Below are positions 1 to 13,652 of a stretch of DNA of 64,000 nucleotides, one piece after another. Each line of letters starts with the position of its first letter. Within the stretch, counting starts at the first letter, position 1. Origin of the DNA: Eledone cirrhosa (lineage: Eukaryota); contig OZ024746.1 in assembly GCA_964016885.1 (NCBI GenBank), positions 39,928,001-39,992,000 of the forward strand. The letters run 5' to 3'. A program made the position numbers and the translations under genes. Below the pieces are notes generated by a model. It was not told where the DNA came from and did not search any database. It saw nothing but the letters and a program-made list of their open reading frames with translations.

Positions 1-1844
1 CCCCTGAACACGGGTCCGAAGCCTGCCGCCTCGAGCACCGCATCCAGGTAACGATGGTCAACCCTATCGAAAGCCTTAGACTGATCCAAGTTGATCAGGG
101 CCCCACCGAAGCCGGGTTTACACCCTACCCTCTCTATGATGTATCGCATGAGGTGGAGGTTGTCGTGTATGGACCTGGTCGGGATCGCGCATGTCTGCGC
201 TTCTCCCACCAGGTTCTCGACGACAAGCGCCAGCCTCTTTGCCAACACCTTGGCCAAAATCTGTAACTCTGTGTTTAGCAGAGTTATGGGCCGGAAGTTG
301 CCTATGTCATCCCCCTTATTCTCGTCCTTCCTGATTAGTGTGACCACGCCCCCGGTTACAGAACTGGGAATTCTCCCGTTCTGTTGCCAGTTGCAGTAGA
401 CCGCTTCCAGGAGACCGGAGAATAAGTCCGGCATTGCTACGTAAAATTCGTAGGGTAGACCGTCGAGACCTGGAGATTTGCGTTTGCCGCATTGGCTCAG
501 CGCGTCCCCTATCTCAGTGGCTGAAATCGGCTTTTCGCAGAACTTCGCCTCGCTGTCCGAGAGTAGCGGTAGGCCGTCGAGGTATGGACCGAAATCCATA
601 GCCTCTCCCGGCGCGCCGCTCCCCCCGAACAGCCGAGCAAAGTGCCGCTGAAAAGCCGCACACATCTGCTTCGGCTCACGTATCACGCGTCCGTTTTGGT
701 CCTTCAAAGACCGAATCGTGGACTTGTTGCCACTTTTTGCCTCCGTCACTCGGGCCCAGCTAACAGCTTTGGCTCCCTCGTTTCCCAGAGCACGTATTTT
801 GCTTCTGACAACGCAGCCCTCGTGCTTTGCGTCGAAGAACTGGTCCAAGGCCGTTCTCGTTGCTAGCACGCTGGCTACGTTGCCACTTCTAATTGCCTCG
901 TCTACTTTATCTACCAGTTCCTTCTCGGTTCTATTTCTATCTAACGCTAATTCTTTACTAAAAACTATCGAGTCTAATCTAACTGCCCTCTTGAGAGAGT
1001 ACCACCATCTGTTGTTGACAATGGCCCCTGTCAAGTGCTGTTTAACTAAAGTGCTAATCCGTCTACTGTAGGCTTTGCTTGTCGGTAACGACAAGTTCAG
1101 CTTCCAGTAGCCGGGTCCTTGTCTATGGGTTCTATCAAGGTTGGCCATGCAGGTCACTAGTTTGTGATCTGAATAGGCAACCATGAACATTTGTGGACAG
1201 CTTAACATGTCCCTATCCTTATTTCTAACTAGAACCCTATCTAGGTACGATCTAGATGTTCCGCTACGATTACTCCACGTCCACAGTGGCGCAGTCGGAA
1301 AATCTAGTCGATATCTATCGGCCAGGTCAAATCGGTCGATTAACTGTTTGAGGCTGTTACACCCCCCTTTATCGGGACATGCTCCCACATAGTCCCAACG
1401 TGCATCTAGGATTCCATTCCAGTCCCCCACTAAAAGCAAGGAGCGGGACGTTCCCAGAAAAGTCTCTAGACGTTTGAAGAAGTCTGGCCGCGGTGTCCCG
1501 GATGGGGCATATGCGGCCACCAGCCTGAACGCTCCACCTTCACTACCGTCAACGTCTAGGACCACCAGTCGACCCTCCGGGTCCAGATGTACCGTCTGTG
1601 TTACGAGGCCCAGGTGTTTCCGCAGCAAAACGGCAACTCCGCCCCCACCCCCCGGTTGACAGAGAGATGCGTAGATCTCAAAGTCATCGAAGATGGGGGC
1701 CAGCTGTCGCTCGCCGTGGATCCTGGACTCGCAAATGGCTACCACATCCAAACTGTGCGACCTGAGGTCGTTTAAGAGTTTGCCCTGTTTCCAGGGCATC
1801 CCCAGGCCGCGTACATTCACACATCCAACTCTTATATTGGCCAT
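1..1844 (-). CDS. LINE ORF2: apurinic-like endonuclease plus N-terminal part of reverse transcriptase (truncated by window edge)
   Basis: Hand translation of segments from ATG at 1844 gives MANIRVGCVNVRGL...AICES, LVGDWNGILD and AYSDHK (APE motifs), then KSPGLDGLPYEFY, NFRPITLLNTELQILAKVLAKRL and INLDQSKAFDRVDH (RT motifs). Probably absent from the ORF track because no stop falls inside the window. Confidence 0.92.
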   Translation of the reverse strand, partial: MANIRVGCVNVRGLGMPWKQGKLLNDLRSHSLDVVAICESRIHGERQLAPIFDDFEIYASLCQPGGGGGVAVLLRKHLGLVTQTVHLDPEGRLVVLDVDGSEGGAFRLVAAYAPSGTPRPDFFKRLETFLGTSRSLLLVGDWNGILDARWDYVGACPDKGGCNSLKQLIDRFDLADRYRLDFPTAPLWTWSNRSGTSRSYLDRVLVRNKDRDMLSCPQMFMVAYSDHKLVTCMANLDRTHRQGPGYWKLNLSLPTSKAYSRRISTLVKQHLTGAIVNNRWWYSLKRAVRLDSIVFSKELALDRNRTEKELVDKVDEAIRSGNVASVLATRTALDQFFDAKHEGCVVRSKIRALGNEGAKAVSWARVTEAKSGNKSTIRSLKDQNGRVIREPKQMCAAFQRHFARLFGGSGAPGEAMDFGPYLDGLPLLSDSEAKFCEKPISATEIGDALSQCGKRKSPGLDGLPYEFYVAMPDLFSGLLEAVYCNWQQNGRIPSSVTGGVVTLIRKDENKGDDIGNFRPITLLNTELQILAKVLAKRLALVVENLVGEAQTCAIPTRSIHDNLHLMRYIIERVGCKPGFGGALINLDQSKAFDRVDHRYLDAVLEAAGFGPVFR

Positions 1845-1877
1845 GTTGGTGCTGAAAAGTTAAAAGAGGAAAAGAGA

Positions 1878-3794
1878 TCACTCACCCTTCGCCTCCTGGG
1901 GACCAGGCCGCACGATTTCCATGGGGGTGTTGGAGGGGTTGTCTGGATGGGTGGTGGTTTCCGGTGGGGTGGGGACGCAGATGTTTGGTGGGGTGGGGTC
2001 TGGTGGGATGGGGGTGTCTGGGGTGGGGAGGCATTTGAGAAGGACGCGGTTGAGTGGTTTCACGCAGGAATTCCCCACATCCTTCTCAAATGTTTCTTTT
2101 AGGGACCTATAAGTTTGTATAGGGACCCTAATCAGTTTTAGGTTCATTTTTTTGCTATTTTTTATAGAGTGGGCGAAAGTTTTCCCTTCGGTGAAAACCG
2201 AAGGGTCGTTCGTAATGGTCTCCATTGGTGTTTTGTTTTCAGTGTTTATGTAAGTGTAAGTGTAATTTTCTTGTGTTGTGTTTGTTTTTGTCTGTAGTTC
2301 TTGTGTGTGCTTTCGTTTTGTTGTAGGTATTTTGTTTTCAGGAGGTGGGGGTTTTGTTTGTGATATTTTTGTTGTTTGTGTTGGTGGTTGTATGTTTGTG
2401 GTAGTGTTTACTGGTTTTTTGCTTTTGTGATGTCTTTTCTTTCTTTTCGAGCGATGGGGTTCTCCCTCGTCTTCACTGGGTGATGGCGAGATAGCCTCAT
2501 CTGTTGTATCGTCTGTGTGATTGGGGAGGGGTATGTCTTGGGGAGCTGTTGTGTCTGTATGTGATTTTGCAGTGGTTTTAGGTGGAGTGAGGTTGGGTGG
2601 GACTGTGTTTGTTGTGGTTATTTTTGTGTGTTGGTGTTGTTGTTGTAGTGGTGGTGTTGGTGGTTGTGTTGTTTTGATGGGTGTTGGCAGAAGAGCCTTT
2701 TTTTGGTTCATTAGTTTAGGACAGGAAGCCCTCAGGTGACCCCTGCTAAAGCAATGGTAACATGAAGGCCGCCTACCCTCAACCGAAAGGTTTATGTAGG
2801 TAAGTCCGTCCAGGAGTACACGCTGTGGGATCATAGCTATTCGCTCTGGGCTCATTTGCACCAGAACTTCAATGCTAGTCCCATTGAATACATCTCTGGG
2901 GGACTTGCCTACTGACAGTATTCTGTCTTCATCAAAATTGATGAAGCCGCACAGTATCCACCATATGTTCACCTTTGGTGTGACACTTGTGATTCTGATC
3001 TTTTGTGTCCTTTTTCCCATGTATGTAGGGAAAAAGGTGTACAGGTTGGATACAATTGGCGACACAGAGTAATTTTGGGCCGTCAATTGATCCTTCATCA
3101 GTACCGAAATACTCCCAAAAAGTTTGCTTCTTTGAATGAATGCAATATCATTCATTGAATCTTTGAAAACCAGTTCAATATCTTTCTGTGACAATTGGAC
3201 TGGTTTTCGGGTAGAATTGGAAACTGTCCTAAAAACTATCGTTTTGAGAGCAGTTTCCTTGCGAATTTCTACCGGAGAATTGATGCTGAAAGCACCATTT
3301 TTTTCGAAGGTGACATATCTCTTAGCGTCCTTTAAAAGGTGTTCAGCATTTGTTATGTCGAGATATATCAATTGTTCTTTCTTTTGAACTTTCTCCGCAA
3401 AGGAGATTTTTGGTTTCTTTGTGGAATCCGTATTGGTGGTGTTGTCATTATTGTTGTTATTCTTGTTGTTATTCTTGTTGTCACCGATGTTGGTATCATC
3501 CGTATTTTCCTTGGTGTTGTTGTTGTCTTTGATGCTGGTGTTATTGGCGTTGTCTTTATTTTTTTCTTTGTTGTTGTTATCATTGTTGCTTTTATCATCA
3601 TTATTGGTTTTGCTGTTATTTTTGTTGTCATTGAGCTGTTTGGTGTCATTTGTGTTGTTTGGATGTGAATTCGTTTTTTTATTTTCATTTTGTCTTTCCA
3701 TCTCTATAGTATCTAGTGAAGAAGACGTTGTTGACTGCGAGCTTTGTAGTCTTACCGCCTCTCCACCACCATTATCGTTGGACGCAGCGTTCAT
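1878..3794 (-). CDS. LINE ORF1 (gag-like RNA-binding protein with CCHC zinc knuckle)
   Basis: 638-aa ORF containing CYHCFSRGHLRASC, an N/D-rich N-terminus and a P/T-rich C-terminus; ends 33 nt upstream of ORF2. Confidence 0.9.
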   Translation of the reverse strand: MNAASNDNGGGEAVRLQSSQSTTSSSLDTIEMERQNENKKTNSHPNNTNDTKQLNDNKNNSKTNNDDKSNNDNNNKEKNKDNANNTSIKDNNNTKENTDDTNIGDNKNNNKNNNNNDNTTNTDSTKKPKISFAEKVQKKEQLIYLDITNAEHLLKDAKRYVTFEKNGAFSINSPVEIRKETALKTIVFRTVSNSTRKPVQLSQKDIELVFKDSMNDIAFIQRSKLFGSISVLMKDQLTAQNYSVSPIVSNLYTFFPTYMGKRTQKIRITSVTPKVNIWWILCGFINFDEDRILSVGKSPRDVFNGTSIEVLVQMSPERIAMIPQRVLLDGLTYINLSVEGRRPSCYHCFSRGHLRASCPKLMNQKKALLPTPIKTTQPPTPPLQQQHQHTKITTTNTVPPNLTPPKTTAKSHTDTTAPQDIPLPNHTDDTTDEAISPSPSEDEGEPHRSKRKKRHHKSKKPVNTTTNIQPPTQTTKISQTKPPPPENKIPTTKRKHTQELQTKTNTTQENYTYTYINTENKTPMETITNDPSVFTEGKTFAHSIKNSKKMNLKLIRVPIQTYRSLKETFEKDVGNSCVKPLNRVLLKCLPTPDTPIPPDPTPPNICVPTPPETTTHPDNPSNTPMEIVRPGPQEAKGE

Positions 3795-4049
3795 AACGTA
3801 ATCAAAATTTTACAATATTTTTTCCAAGATTCGATGGAGAAAAATTTTTTAAATGGATATTCCGCCCCTGAAGGGGCGAAAATGAGTTGACCCACCACCT
3901 GAAGGTCCAGACGGGTGGTCAAGTTACACAATGATATAAAATTGAACTAAAAACTCACGTTTTTTCCTTACATAAATTAACGGAAACTTCTCCGCGAAGT
4001 GACACACGACTGATAGAGAGATAGATAGATATATTTCTTTATTAGCCCC

Positions 4050-4102
<53 letters not shown>

Positions 4103-4620
4103 TTTCACGAGTTTCAACTGCATAAAATACACAAACCAACTTTACTGTTGTCAAACAAACAACTAATTACAGTAATAAGAAGACAGCATTAATGAATATG
4201 TTTGTCTCCATGCTCATAATTTCTCATGGAAAGCTAAACAGCTGATTCTACCTCGGGGTACACACATACAGCTATGGGTTCGGCCACGTCCTGTTTATTG
4301 ACTTATTGATCGGAGAAAAACAGTTATTTTCATTATAGACGTTGTCACATTCGTTTGACAAGACCAATACAACAACAGTACAAGCATGGTAGAAACACTA
4401 GACAACAATAATTTAAACATTTGCAGATTGTAATAAGAAGCAGAAGAGAATAAAAAAAAGACATGCACACAAAGGTGAAGCGTAGTAGCATAGAAGCGTA
4501 GGCGGCACTAGCTTTATCTTAGTATGTATTACTACAATACACTACACTCTTACTGTGTTACTCAGTGGCTTTGTAAACGAACACGTAATATAATATAATA
4601 TACACGCATACACACACACA

Positions 4621-4651
<31 letters not shown>

Positions 4652-4694
4652 ACATACATAGTTAGACTATAAACGGATAGCTTCGTTCAACTTA

Positions 4695-6981
<2,287 letters not shown>

Positions 6982-7030
6982 GATAGAAGGTCGAACTGGA
7001 AATATCCCTTTAAAGATTTAAAGTTGCAAA

Positions 7031-7093
7031 AATCACTATATATTTCAGTGGCCTGATTCCGTAAGACCGTGGCGACATCACCAGGCTGGGATT
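7031..7093 (-). ncRNA. degenerate hammerhead-like motif (CTGGTGA core) in short insert 6973-7111
   Basis: Minus strand reads aatc-ccagc-CTGGTGA-...-GAAA-tata-TA-gt-gatt; insert flanked by (AT)n. Confidence 0.45.
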
Positions 7094-7108
7094 GTGTAAT
7101 TAGTTAAT

Positions 7109-7157
<49 letters not shown>

Positions 7158-7162
<5 letters not shown>

Positions 7163-7448
7163 ATGCTTTGGGAGGGTCATGTTGCCAATAAGAAACACAC
7201 GCACCAGTTGCTTTCACTTCAATTTATTATAAATTAAATTTATAAATTTAAGAATTTATAAATTTCCGGTTGGTTGGTTGGTTCCACAACCAGACGATTG
7301 TTCATATATTGTCAAAGTTGTTTCGTCACACATTCTATGACCTCTTCAGTGACTGGGGATTATTTTCTTTGTTTTTGTGCCTCTCCTTTGTTCTGTCCTA
7401 CTCCATCTTGTTTCAGATAAAGAATCTTGCTAAACAAATTCAGAAACG

Positions 7449-7450
<2 letters not shown>
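7158..7450 (-). mobile_element. PLE terminal-repeat fragment of the 52381-53834 family, HHR at 7311-7353
   Basis: Clearly homologous to 52381-52640; minus strand gtca-CTGAAGA-ggtca..tgac-GAAA-caac-TT-tgac; 7411-7450 matches the tail at ~53797-53834 in plus orientation. Confidence 0.8.
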
Positions 7451-7530
<80 letters not shown>

Positions 7531-9089
7531 AGTGGGAGGGAGAAAAAATATATATATATATGCATGTAATCAGTGATGTCAATTCCTCATTCTTCATAAT
7601 AAAAAGCACCACACCGTACATAAACGACGAAACTGAAATTGACGATGAAATTAAAGTTGGTGGTGATGGAATTGTGACTGGCAATGACGTAATTGAAGTT
7701 GGCAATAACGAAATTGGCATTAATAATGACGAATTTCATGAAGGAACTCTGTATATTCTCAAATTTGGGTTAGTTAGCAGTAATAAAGTTTATTAAATTT
7801 TAGAAGGTATTATATATCTACATAAAACAGGGTGCTACTAACCTATGGCTAGTGAGCCTTTAATTTGTTCATTTAGAACTCACCTAAGACGAAACAACAA
7901 TAACAATAACAATAATAATAATTGAAGTTGACTATGATGAATCTGAGATTGACGATGGCATTGATAAGAATTTGAGGGGGAAACCCTGTATGTTTGAAAA
8001 AATTAAGGCGTTGCTACATTCAATGTTTTTTTTTTGTTTTTTTTACGTTAGAAAATAAAATATGAAACTTCCGGGACAAAAGAGGGCAGATTTCTTAAAT
8101 ATTTTCCTCGATTCCGTTTCCTGAATAACTTACTGAAATCATAAACTGTATTATGTTCTTATTTTTAGGACATTGCACACACCTTACGCATACAATTCCT
8201 GGACAGCATCATATGATGGCAAAACATTCATTTAAAACAACTTCAAAACTCTAGCTATGGAGTCCTCTTTACTTCGACTTGATCCAATGATCCCAGTTTT
8301 TTTCCTGAAGTTACGAACATATGTAACATTCACAAAACATCTGATTGATGGATCAGGATTATTAATACACGCATAATATTTAAAAAAACCCAGAGTATTT
8401 AATATTTAAAACACCATCGGAGTTTGTACTCAGGTAGGTGTTATAGAGCACTGATATAGAGTTCCATCCACAACATCCCAGACCTCATTCACTTACCGAG
8501 TGAGTTGGGACTCGTCAAATCGGACCAAGGAAACAATATTTCCATTGGCCTTTCCATTGCGGTCGCAGCACCTAGCAATTATAAATTCAATATATAACAC
8601 GAACCCCTACTATAAATTGTTGATAGAAAACCTTAAGTTTATAGAAGGAATGGGAAACATGAAAGTATATTTTGTCGAGACTAATTCAATCCAAGAGGGA
8701 AATGTTATCGCTATAACTAGGAACTAATGTCTTTCTGCTCTAGAACACCAACAACAATGACAACCCATACTATTACCAGCTCTTCATCAGTTACCACTAT
8801 GCGTGATCCAATTGTTCGATAATTAGCTTGTAAATCGCTGAGTAATTGATATACATATGAACTCTTAACCTAATTCCTCGAATCAACATGAGAATGAGTA
8901 ACAGAGCTGGCACTTTGAAATACAGATAGTTCATCCGATGGGCGTCCAAACTGTTTCCACCTACCAAATTTCTCTCACAAGGTTTGGGTGAACTCGATAT
9001 TAGGCAAAACACTACACAGTAGGATTAAAGGTGAGACATCATGATCCTTAACCATTTGTCCCTTCCTGCGTCCAACTATAACGTCTTGG

Positions 9090-9356
9090 TTCACGGTCGT
9101 AAGGTTGTAAGTTCGTCCATGTGGTGTGGTGTGTCCTTGAGTAAGACTCTTCATGTCATGATGTTTTAGTTCACTCAGCTGATAAAATTGAGTTGCACAT
9201 GTAAGCGAGTTTTGTTACATACTGTGTCTCCCCGAGAACTACGTTAAGGAACGTGTGTCTGTAGAATTATCAACCACTTGCGTGTTCATATGGCGAGCAG
9301 GCTGTTCCGTTAATCAGGCAACAGGAACAATCGTCGTCAGAACCGACGGAGGTCCA
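9090..9356 (+). mobile_element. tRNA-derived SINE, family B (tgtgtccttgagcaagacact core)
   Basis: Homologous copies at ~40980-41247 (+), ~48890-49195 (+) and ~56925-57360 (-); the head and core are also seen at ~39510-39790 and ~48265-48350. Confidence 0.7.
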
Positions 9357-9886
9357 GCCTGTTCACACATAACATACACAAGTTAACTTTAGCATGCCAC
9401 CTACTACTTAATGAGGTGTTTGGTATGTCAACTCCAAAAGCTTTATATCACAGTTGACAATGAATAAGTGAACATGAATAGGTTCCACAAGGAATTGAAA
9501 CTGTTATGAAGAATCGGCTGGTCGGAAGTTTACGTAAAGAATTACAATCCTGGCAACTAAATAGTAAATATGTTACTATAAATACTAAGCCCGGCATAAC
9601 AATATTACCTGAGATGTGGCTGTACTGTGAAGGTTGGAACGATGATTAAATGATTTAATCAATTTTTAATTAAGGAGGCTAGATTTCCCCCAAAAAAAAT
9701 TATGTAGGTGTCCGGAAGCATTCACTGATCAAGGTTCCGATGAAACTAACCAGGCCAATGAGGTAACGCCACGTCACTGAAATTCTACTTTCATTTTCTG
9801 GCGCTGATAGTATTTTTGCATTCTCGAATCTTTATATATATTGCTCAATTAAACAATCAGCTTCGATTATTAGATTATATATATAT

Positions 9887-10316
9887 ATAATATATAAGAT
9901 CAAAAGATGGTTAAAAGAGTTCCATGTATTTTATTATGCGCATTTCAAAAACAAATATCATCATGCGATGACATTTACGTTTTCCTCAGATAAAATAGGG
10001 AGACATGATATGAAGGTTAAAAAACACTTGTGAATAGTGCAGTTTTAAATCAACATATATGTTGATTTAAAACTGCACTATTCACAAGTGTTTTTTAACC
10101 TTCATATCATGTCTCCCTATTTTATCTGAGGAAAACGTAAATGTCATCGCATGATGATATTTGTTTTTGAAATGCGCATAATAAAATACATGGAACTCTT
10201 TTAACCATCTTTTGATCTTATATATTATTTATACTCCAGTCCTACAAACTGTAGAGTGGTACTTATCCGATATCTGCATTGCTTTATTGTACTACAATAA
10301 AACTCACCTCCTACAT
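9887..10316. mobile_element. perfect ~342-bp palindrome plus 88-nt tail; PLE-type HHR insert in (AT)n
   Basis: Arms 9887-10057 and 10058-10228 with zero spacer (caacata|tatgttg); tail 10229-10316; relative at 25501-25770. Confidence 0.8.
10118..10188 (+). ncRNA. minimal type I hammerhead ribozyme (mirror at 9927-9997, minus)
   Basis: tattttat-CTGAGGA-aaac..aaatgtcatc gcat gatgatattt..gttt-tt-GAAA-tgcgca-TA-ataaaata; perfect 8-bp stem I and palindromic stem III. Confidence 0.85.
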
Positions 10317-10380
10317 TATATATATATATATACCACCCACTCCAGTGCGTGTACACTCACGGCATACTCACATACACACT

Positions 10381-10417
<37 letters not shown>

Positions 10418-10422
<5 letters not shown>

Positions 10423-10610
10423 AACCAGTAAGACCCCGACAGCTGAGCTCAAGCCGTTTCGACGGCTAATTCTAATTAGAATTAGCCGTCGAAACGGCTT
10501 GAGCTCAGCTGTCGGGGTCTTACTGGTTCCTATTACCCACTCTACTACCTCAAGTATTGAGTACTTTGGTGCGTTATGGTCCACCTGGTTCCTTACCACA
10601 TTTCCTTCGT

Positions 10611-10611
<1 letters not shown>
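10418..10611. mobile_element. short perfect palindrome (10418-10533) plus tail; truncated PLE-type insert
   Basis: Centre tctaa|ttaga at 10475/10476; retains only a GAAA-cggc half motif; tail contains ttgagtac; (AT)n on both sides. Confidence 0.65.
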
Positions 10612-10643
<32 letters not shown>

Positions 10644-10646
10644 GTA

Positions 10647-10677
<31 letters not shown>

Positions 10678-10801
10678 ATATATATATATATGTGTATATA
10701 TATATAGGTATGTATGTATGTATAGATATAGATATATATATATGTGTGTGTGCGTGTGTGCGTGTGCGTGTGCGTGTGTGCGTGTGTGCGTGCGCGCGCG
10801 G

Positions 10802-10898
<97 letters not shown>

Positions 10899-11204
10899 CT
10901 AGTTATATTATTTAAAATAAAGTACCAGTAATACACAAGGTTATTGCTGGCCTTGTGCCAAAAGTAGAAACAATTATTTATAAAATAAATATGTAAATGC
11001 AATTAATATCATTTTTGAAACTACATTAAAGCAGTCGAGTGCAATGACATTAAAACACATTCGTTCCATAGTTTACTAGAAAAAATATATATAAGTCCGT
11101 ATATATAGAGACACACACACACATACATTTACACACACACATCTCTACACACACACATATATATATATATTTATATGTTTATGCACACATTTAAGCCCCA
11201 CCCA

Positions 11205-11269
<65 letters not shown>

Positions 11270-11288
11270 ACATATTAAACAACACAAT

Positions 11289-11372
11289 ATAATTATTCCA
11301 TTACCGAAGGTTTCAAGAAACTTGACGATTCTTACAGAAACGTCTAACCCGTTCATCAAAGAAAATAATTAT
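11289..11372 (-). ncRNA. hammerhead-like motif (TTGATGA core), same family as 20500-20559
   Basis: Minus strand ataattattttct-TTGATGA-..gacgtttct gta agaatcgtc..-GAAA-ccttcgg-TA-atggaataattat. Confidence 0.55.
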
Positions 11373-11383
11373 CTTAATAATAA

Positions 11384-11900
11384 AGCACCAGTAATACACT
11401 CGGATAATTGCTGGCCTTGGGCCTAAAGTACAAAAAATTATTATAATATTATTATTATTATTCTCACAGCATAGTTACGTCCCTTTACGATCTGAGTTCA
11501 AATCCCGCCGAAGTTGACTTTGCCTTTCATCCTTACGGGGGTCGATAAAATAAAGTACCAGTAATGCACTGGAATAATTGCTGGCCTTGTGCCAAAAGTA
11601 GAAACAATTATTATTCTCACACAAATACATTTAGGAATCTATGATGTTAAGAACGAAGACAAATGTTTGGGTTTTTATATATATTATATATAAGAGGGCG
11701 GTGGATTGGCAGTATCGGTAGAGGGTCGGACGCCATGCTTTGCAGCATAGAGTTACGTCCTTTTATGATCTGAGCTCAAATCCCGCCGAGGTTAACTTTG
11801 CCTTTCATCTTTATGGGGTCAATAAAATAAAGTACCACTGACGTACTGGGGTCGATTTAATCGACTTTCCCCTCCCCCCAAATTACTGGCCTTGTGCCTA
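11384..11900 (+). mobile_element. tRNA-derived SINE family A (Meta-domain-like core gcctttcatcc..ggggtcgataaaataaagtaccag), two adjacent copies
   Basis: A box tggcagtatcgg and B box gttcaaatcc; further copies at ~23740 (+), 24170 (-), 37475 (-), 38186 (+), 42470-42735 (-), 43060 (-), 49610 (-), 54070 (+), 56680 (-) and 63000 (-). Confidence 0.8.
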
Positions 11901-12092
11901 TATACGATTAAATATATATGTATATATATATATGTATATATATATATGTATATATATATATGTATATATATATTAAAATAACAGATTAAAGTTTAAGCAA
12001 AGAATCGCTGCTTTCACCCTTAACGTTTTTTTATATATATTTTCCTTATCGAGCCCTCTTTGGATTTTAGTCTTCAATTTTATTATTATTAC

Positions 12093-12159
<67 letters not shown>

Positions 12160-12211
12160 GTATATATATATACATACATATATATATTTATATATACATA
12201 TATATTTATAT

Positions 12212-12301
<90 letters not shown>

Positions 12302-13173
12302 ATGTGAGTATATAGTATATATATGTGTATGTATGTATACTTGTATTTTTGTATTTTTGTATGTGTTATTGTTTTTGCATTTGTTTTGTTTTGCTTTTGT
12401 TTTTTGTTTTTTTTGTGGTTTTATTTAAATCCTTCTTCGTAGAATACACACACCGGATACTAATAAATTGGCAAGGTTTCTTTGAATAAAGACAATGTCA
12501 GAGTGTTGTGAATATCTGAGGGCGAGTTACTGCGTGCATTATGTGGGTGTATGTGCAAATGCGTCTTTGTTACACATTTATGTATTTATGTGTCATTCCG
12601 CCTGTTTATGTATGGGTGGCTGCTTGTTTCTTTTCTTTATTTATATATCTGCTGGTACGTGTGCTTTGGCATGTGTTCATCCAAGAGCCGTTAACTTGGT
12701 GATGGAGTTGTATAGGCACGTAGTAATATACGGCGTGTCGTGGACATTTAAACTTAGCGGAGTCCATCCGTCACCATGTCTAAACATAACCGATTTCTTC
12801 CACTGGGAGCAAGAAAGAGAAAGTGAGAAATAGAGGAAGAATGCCCCCCCCCCTTAATAGACTGGCACTTTATAGACCTTTAAAGGATGAAAGGCAAAGC
12901 TAGACCTTAGCCGGAACGAATACCGTGAAGCATCCTATGCGTACTCGTATGTATTATAGAAAAAACCCAACCCTTTTTCTCTTTCCTTAGAGAGTTCACA
13001 AAGAACAGGTAAAATATTTCTGGTAACTCTTTGTGAACGTTCTATTTTGATATCTTCATCAAGAGAAGAACTCCAGTATATAACTGGTTATATATCAATC
13101 GAAATCTAAAATAAAAGACAAAATCACTCTCAGTGGAATTTGAACTCCAAATCAAATATGTTCATGCATTGTA

Positions 13174-13485
13174 ACCGACGGACTAAACTCGCCGCCTTTA
13201 AAGAACCGACGGACTAAACGGTCGGCCGTTAAGGAACCGACGGACTAAACTCACCGCCTTTAAGGAACCGACGGACTAAACTCACCGCCTTTAAGGAACC
13301 GACGGACTAAACTCACCGCCTTTAAGGAACCGACGGACTAAACTCGCTGCCGTTAAGGAACCGACGGACTAAACTCACCACCGTTAAGGAACCGACGAAC
13401 TAAACTCGCCGCCTTTAAGGAACCGACGGACTAAACTCACCGCCGTTAAGGAACCGACGAACTAAACTCGCCGCCTTTAAGGAAC
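13174..13485. repeat. 31-bp minisatellite, about 10 copies
   Basis: Unit aaggaaccgacggactaaactcaccgccttt with minor variants; arises at the head end of a minus-strand SINE A remnant. Confidence 0.9.
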
Positions 13486-13652
13486 AGTGATAAGGAAACT
13501 ATAAGGTTTTACATTCTTCCACCATAAAAATTATTTGAAATATACTTGAGTATTATTTATTTAATCAATTCTATGACGTAAAATTATTATATACATTGAC
13601 TAACGAAAAGTAAGGCAATAACTGAAATAATGTACGTATAGACAATACACTT

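Larger units (their letters stand above)
1..4014 (-). mobile_element. Tx1/L1-clade non-LTR retrotransposon, 5' portion (5'UTR, ORF1, ORF2 running off the window start)
   Basis: Two tandem minus-strand ORFs: a gag-like ORF1 with a CCHC knuckle and an APE-RT ORF2. The 5' end (atcagtcgtg) abuts a (GATA)n tract at ~4012-4100. Confidence 0.92.

Noticed and set aside
54-3801. Short plus-strand ORFs overlapping the LINE
   Set aside because: Antisense shadows of ORF1 and ORF2 with no motifs.
9887-10228. Perfect palindromes as MITEs or assembly fold-back artefacts
   Set aside because: Asymmetric tails, variable centres, HHR content and diverged independent copies (25501-25770) favour PLE-type insertion, although read-level confirmation is still needed.
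13174-13485. CRISPR-like 31-bp repeats
   Set aside because: Units are directly adjacent with no spacers; eukaryotic context.
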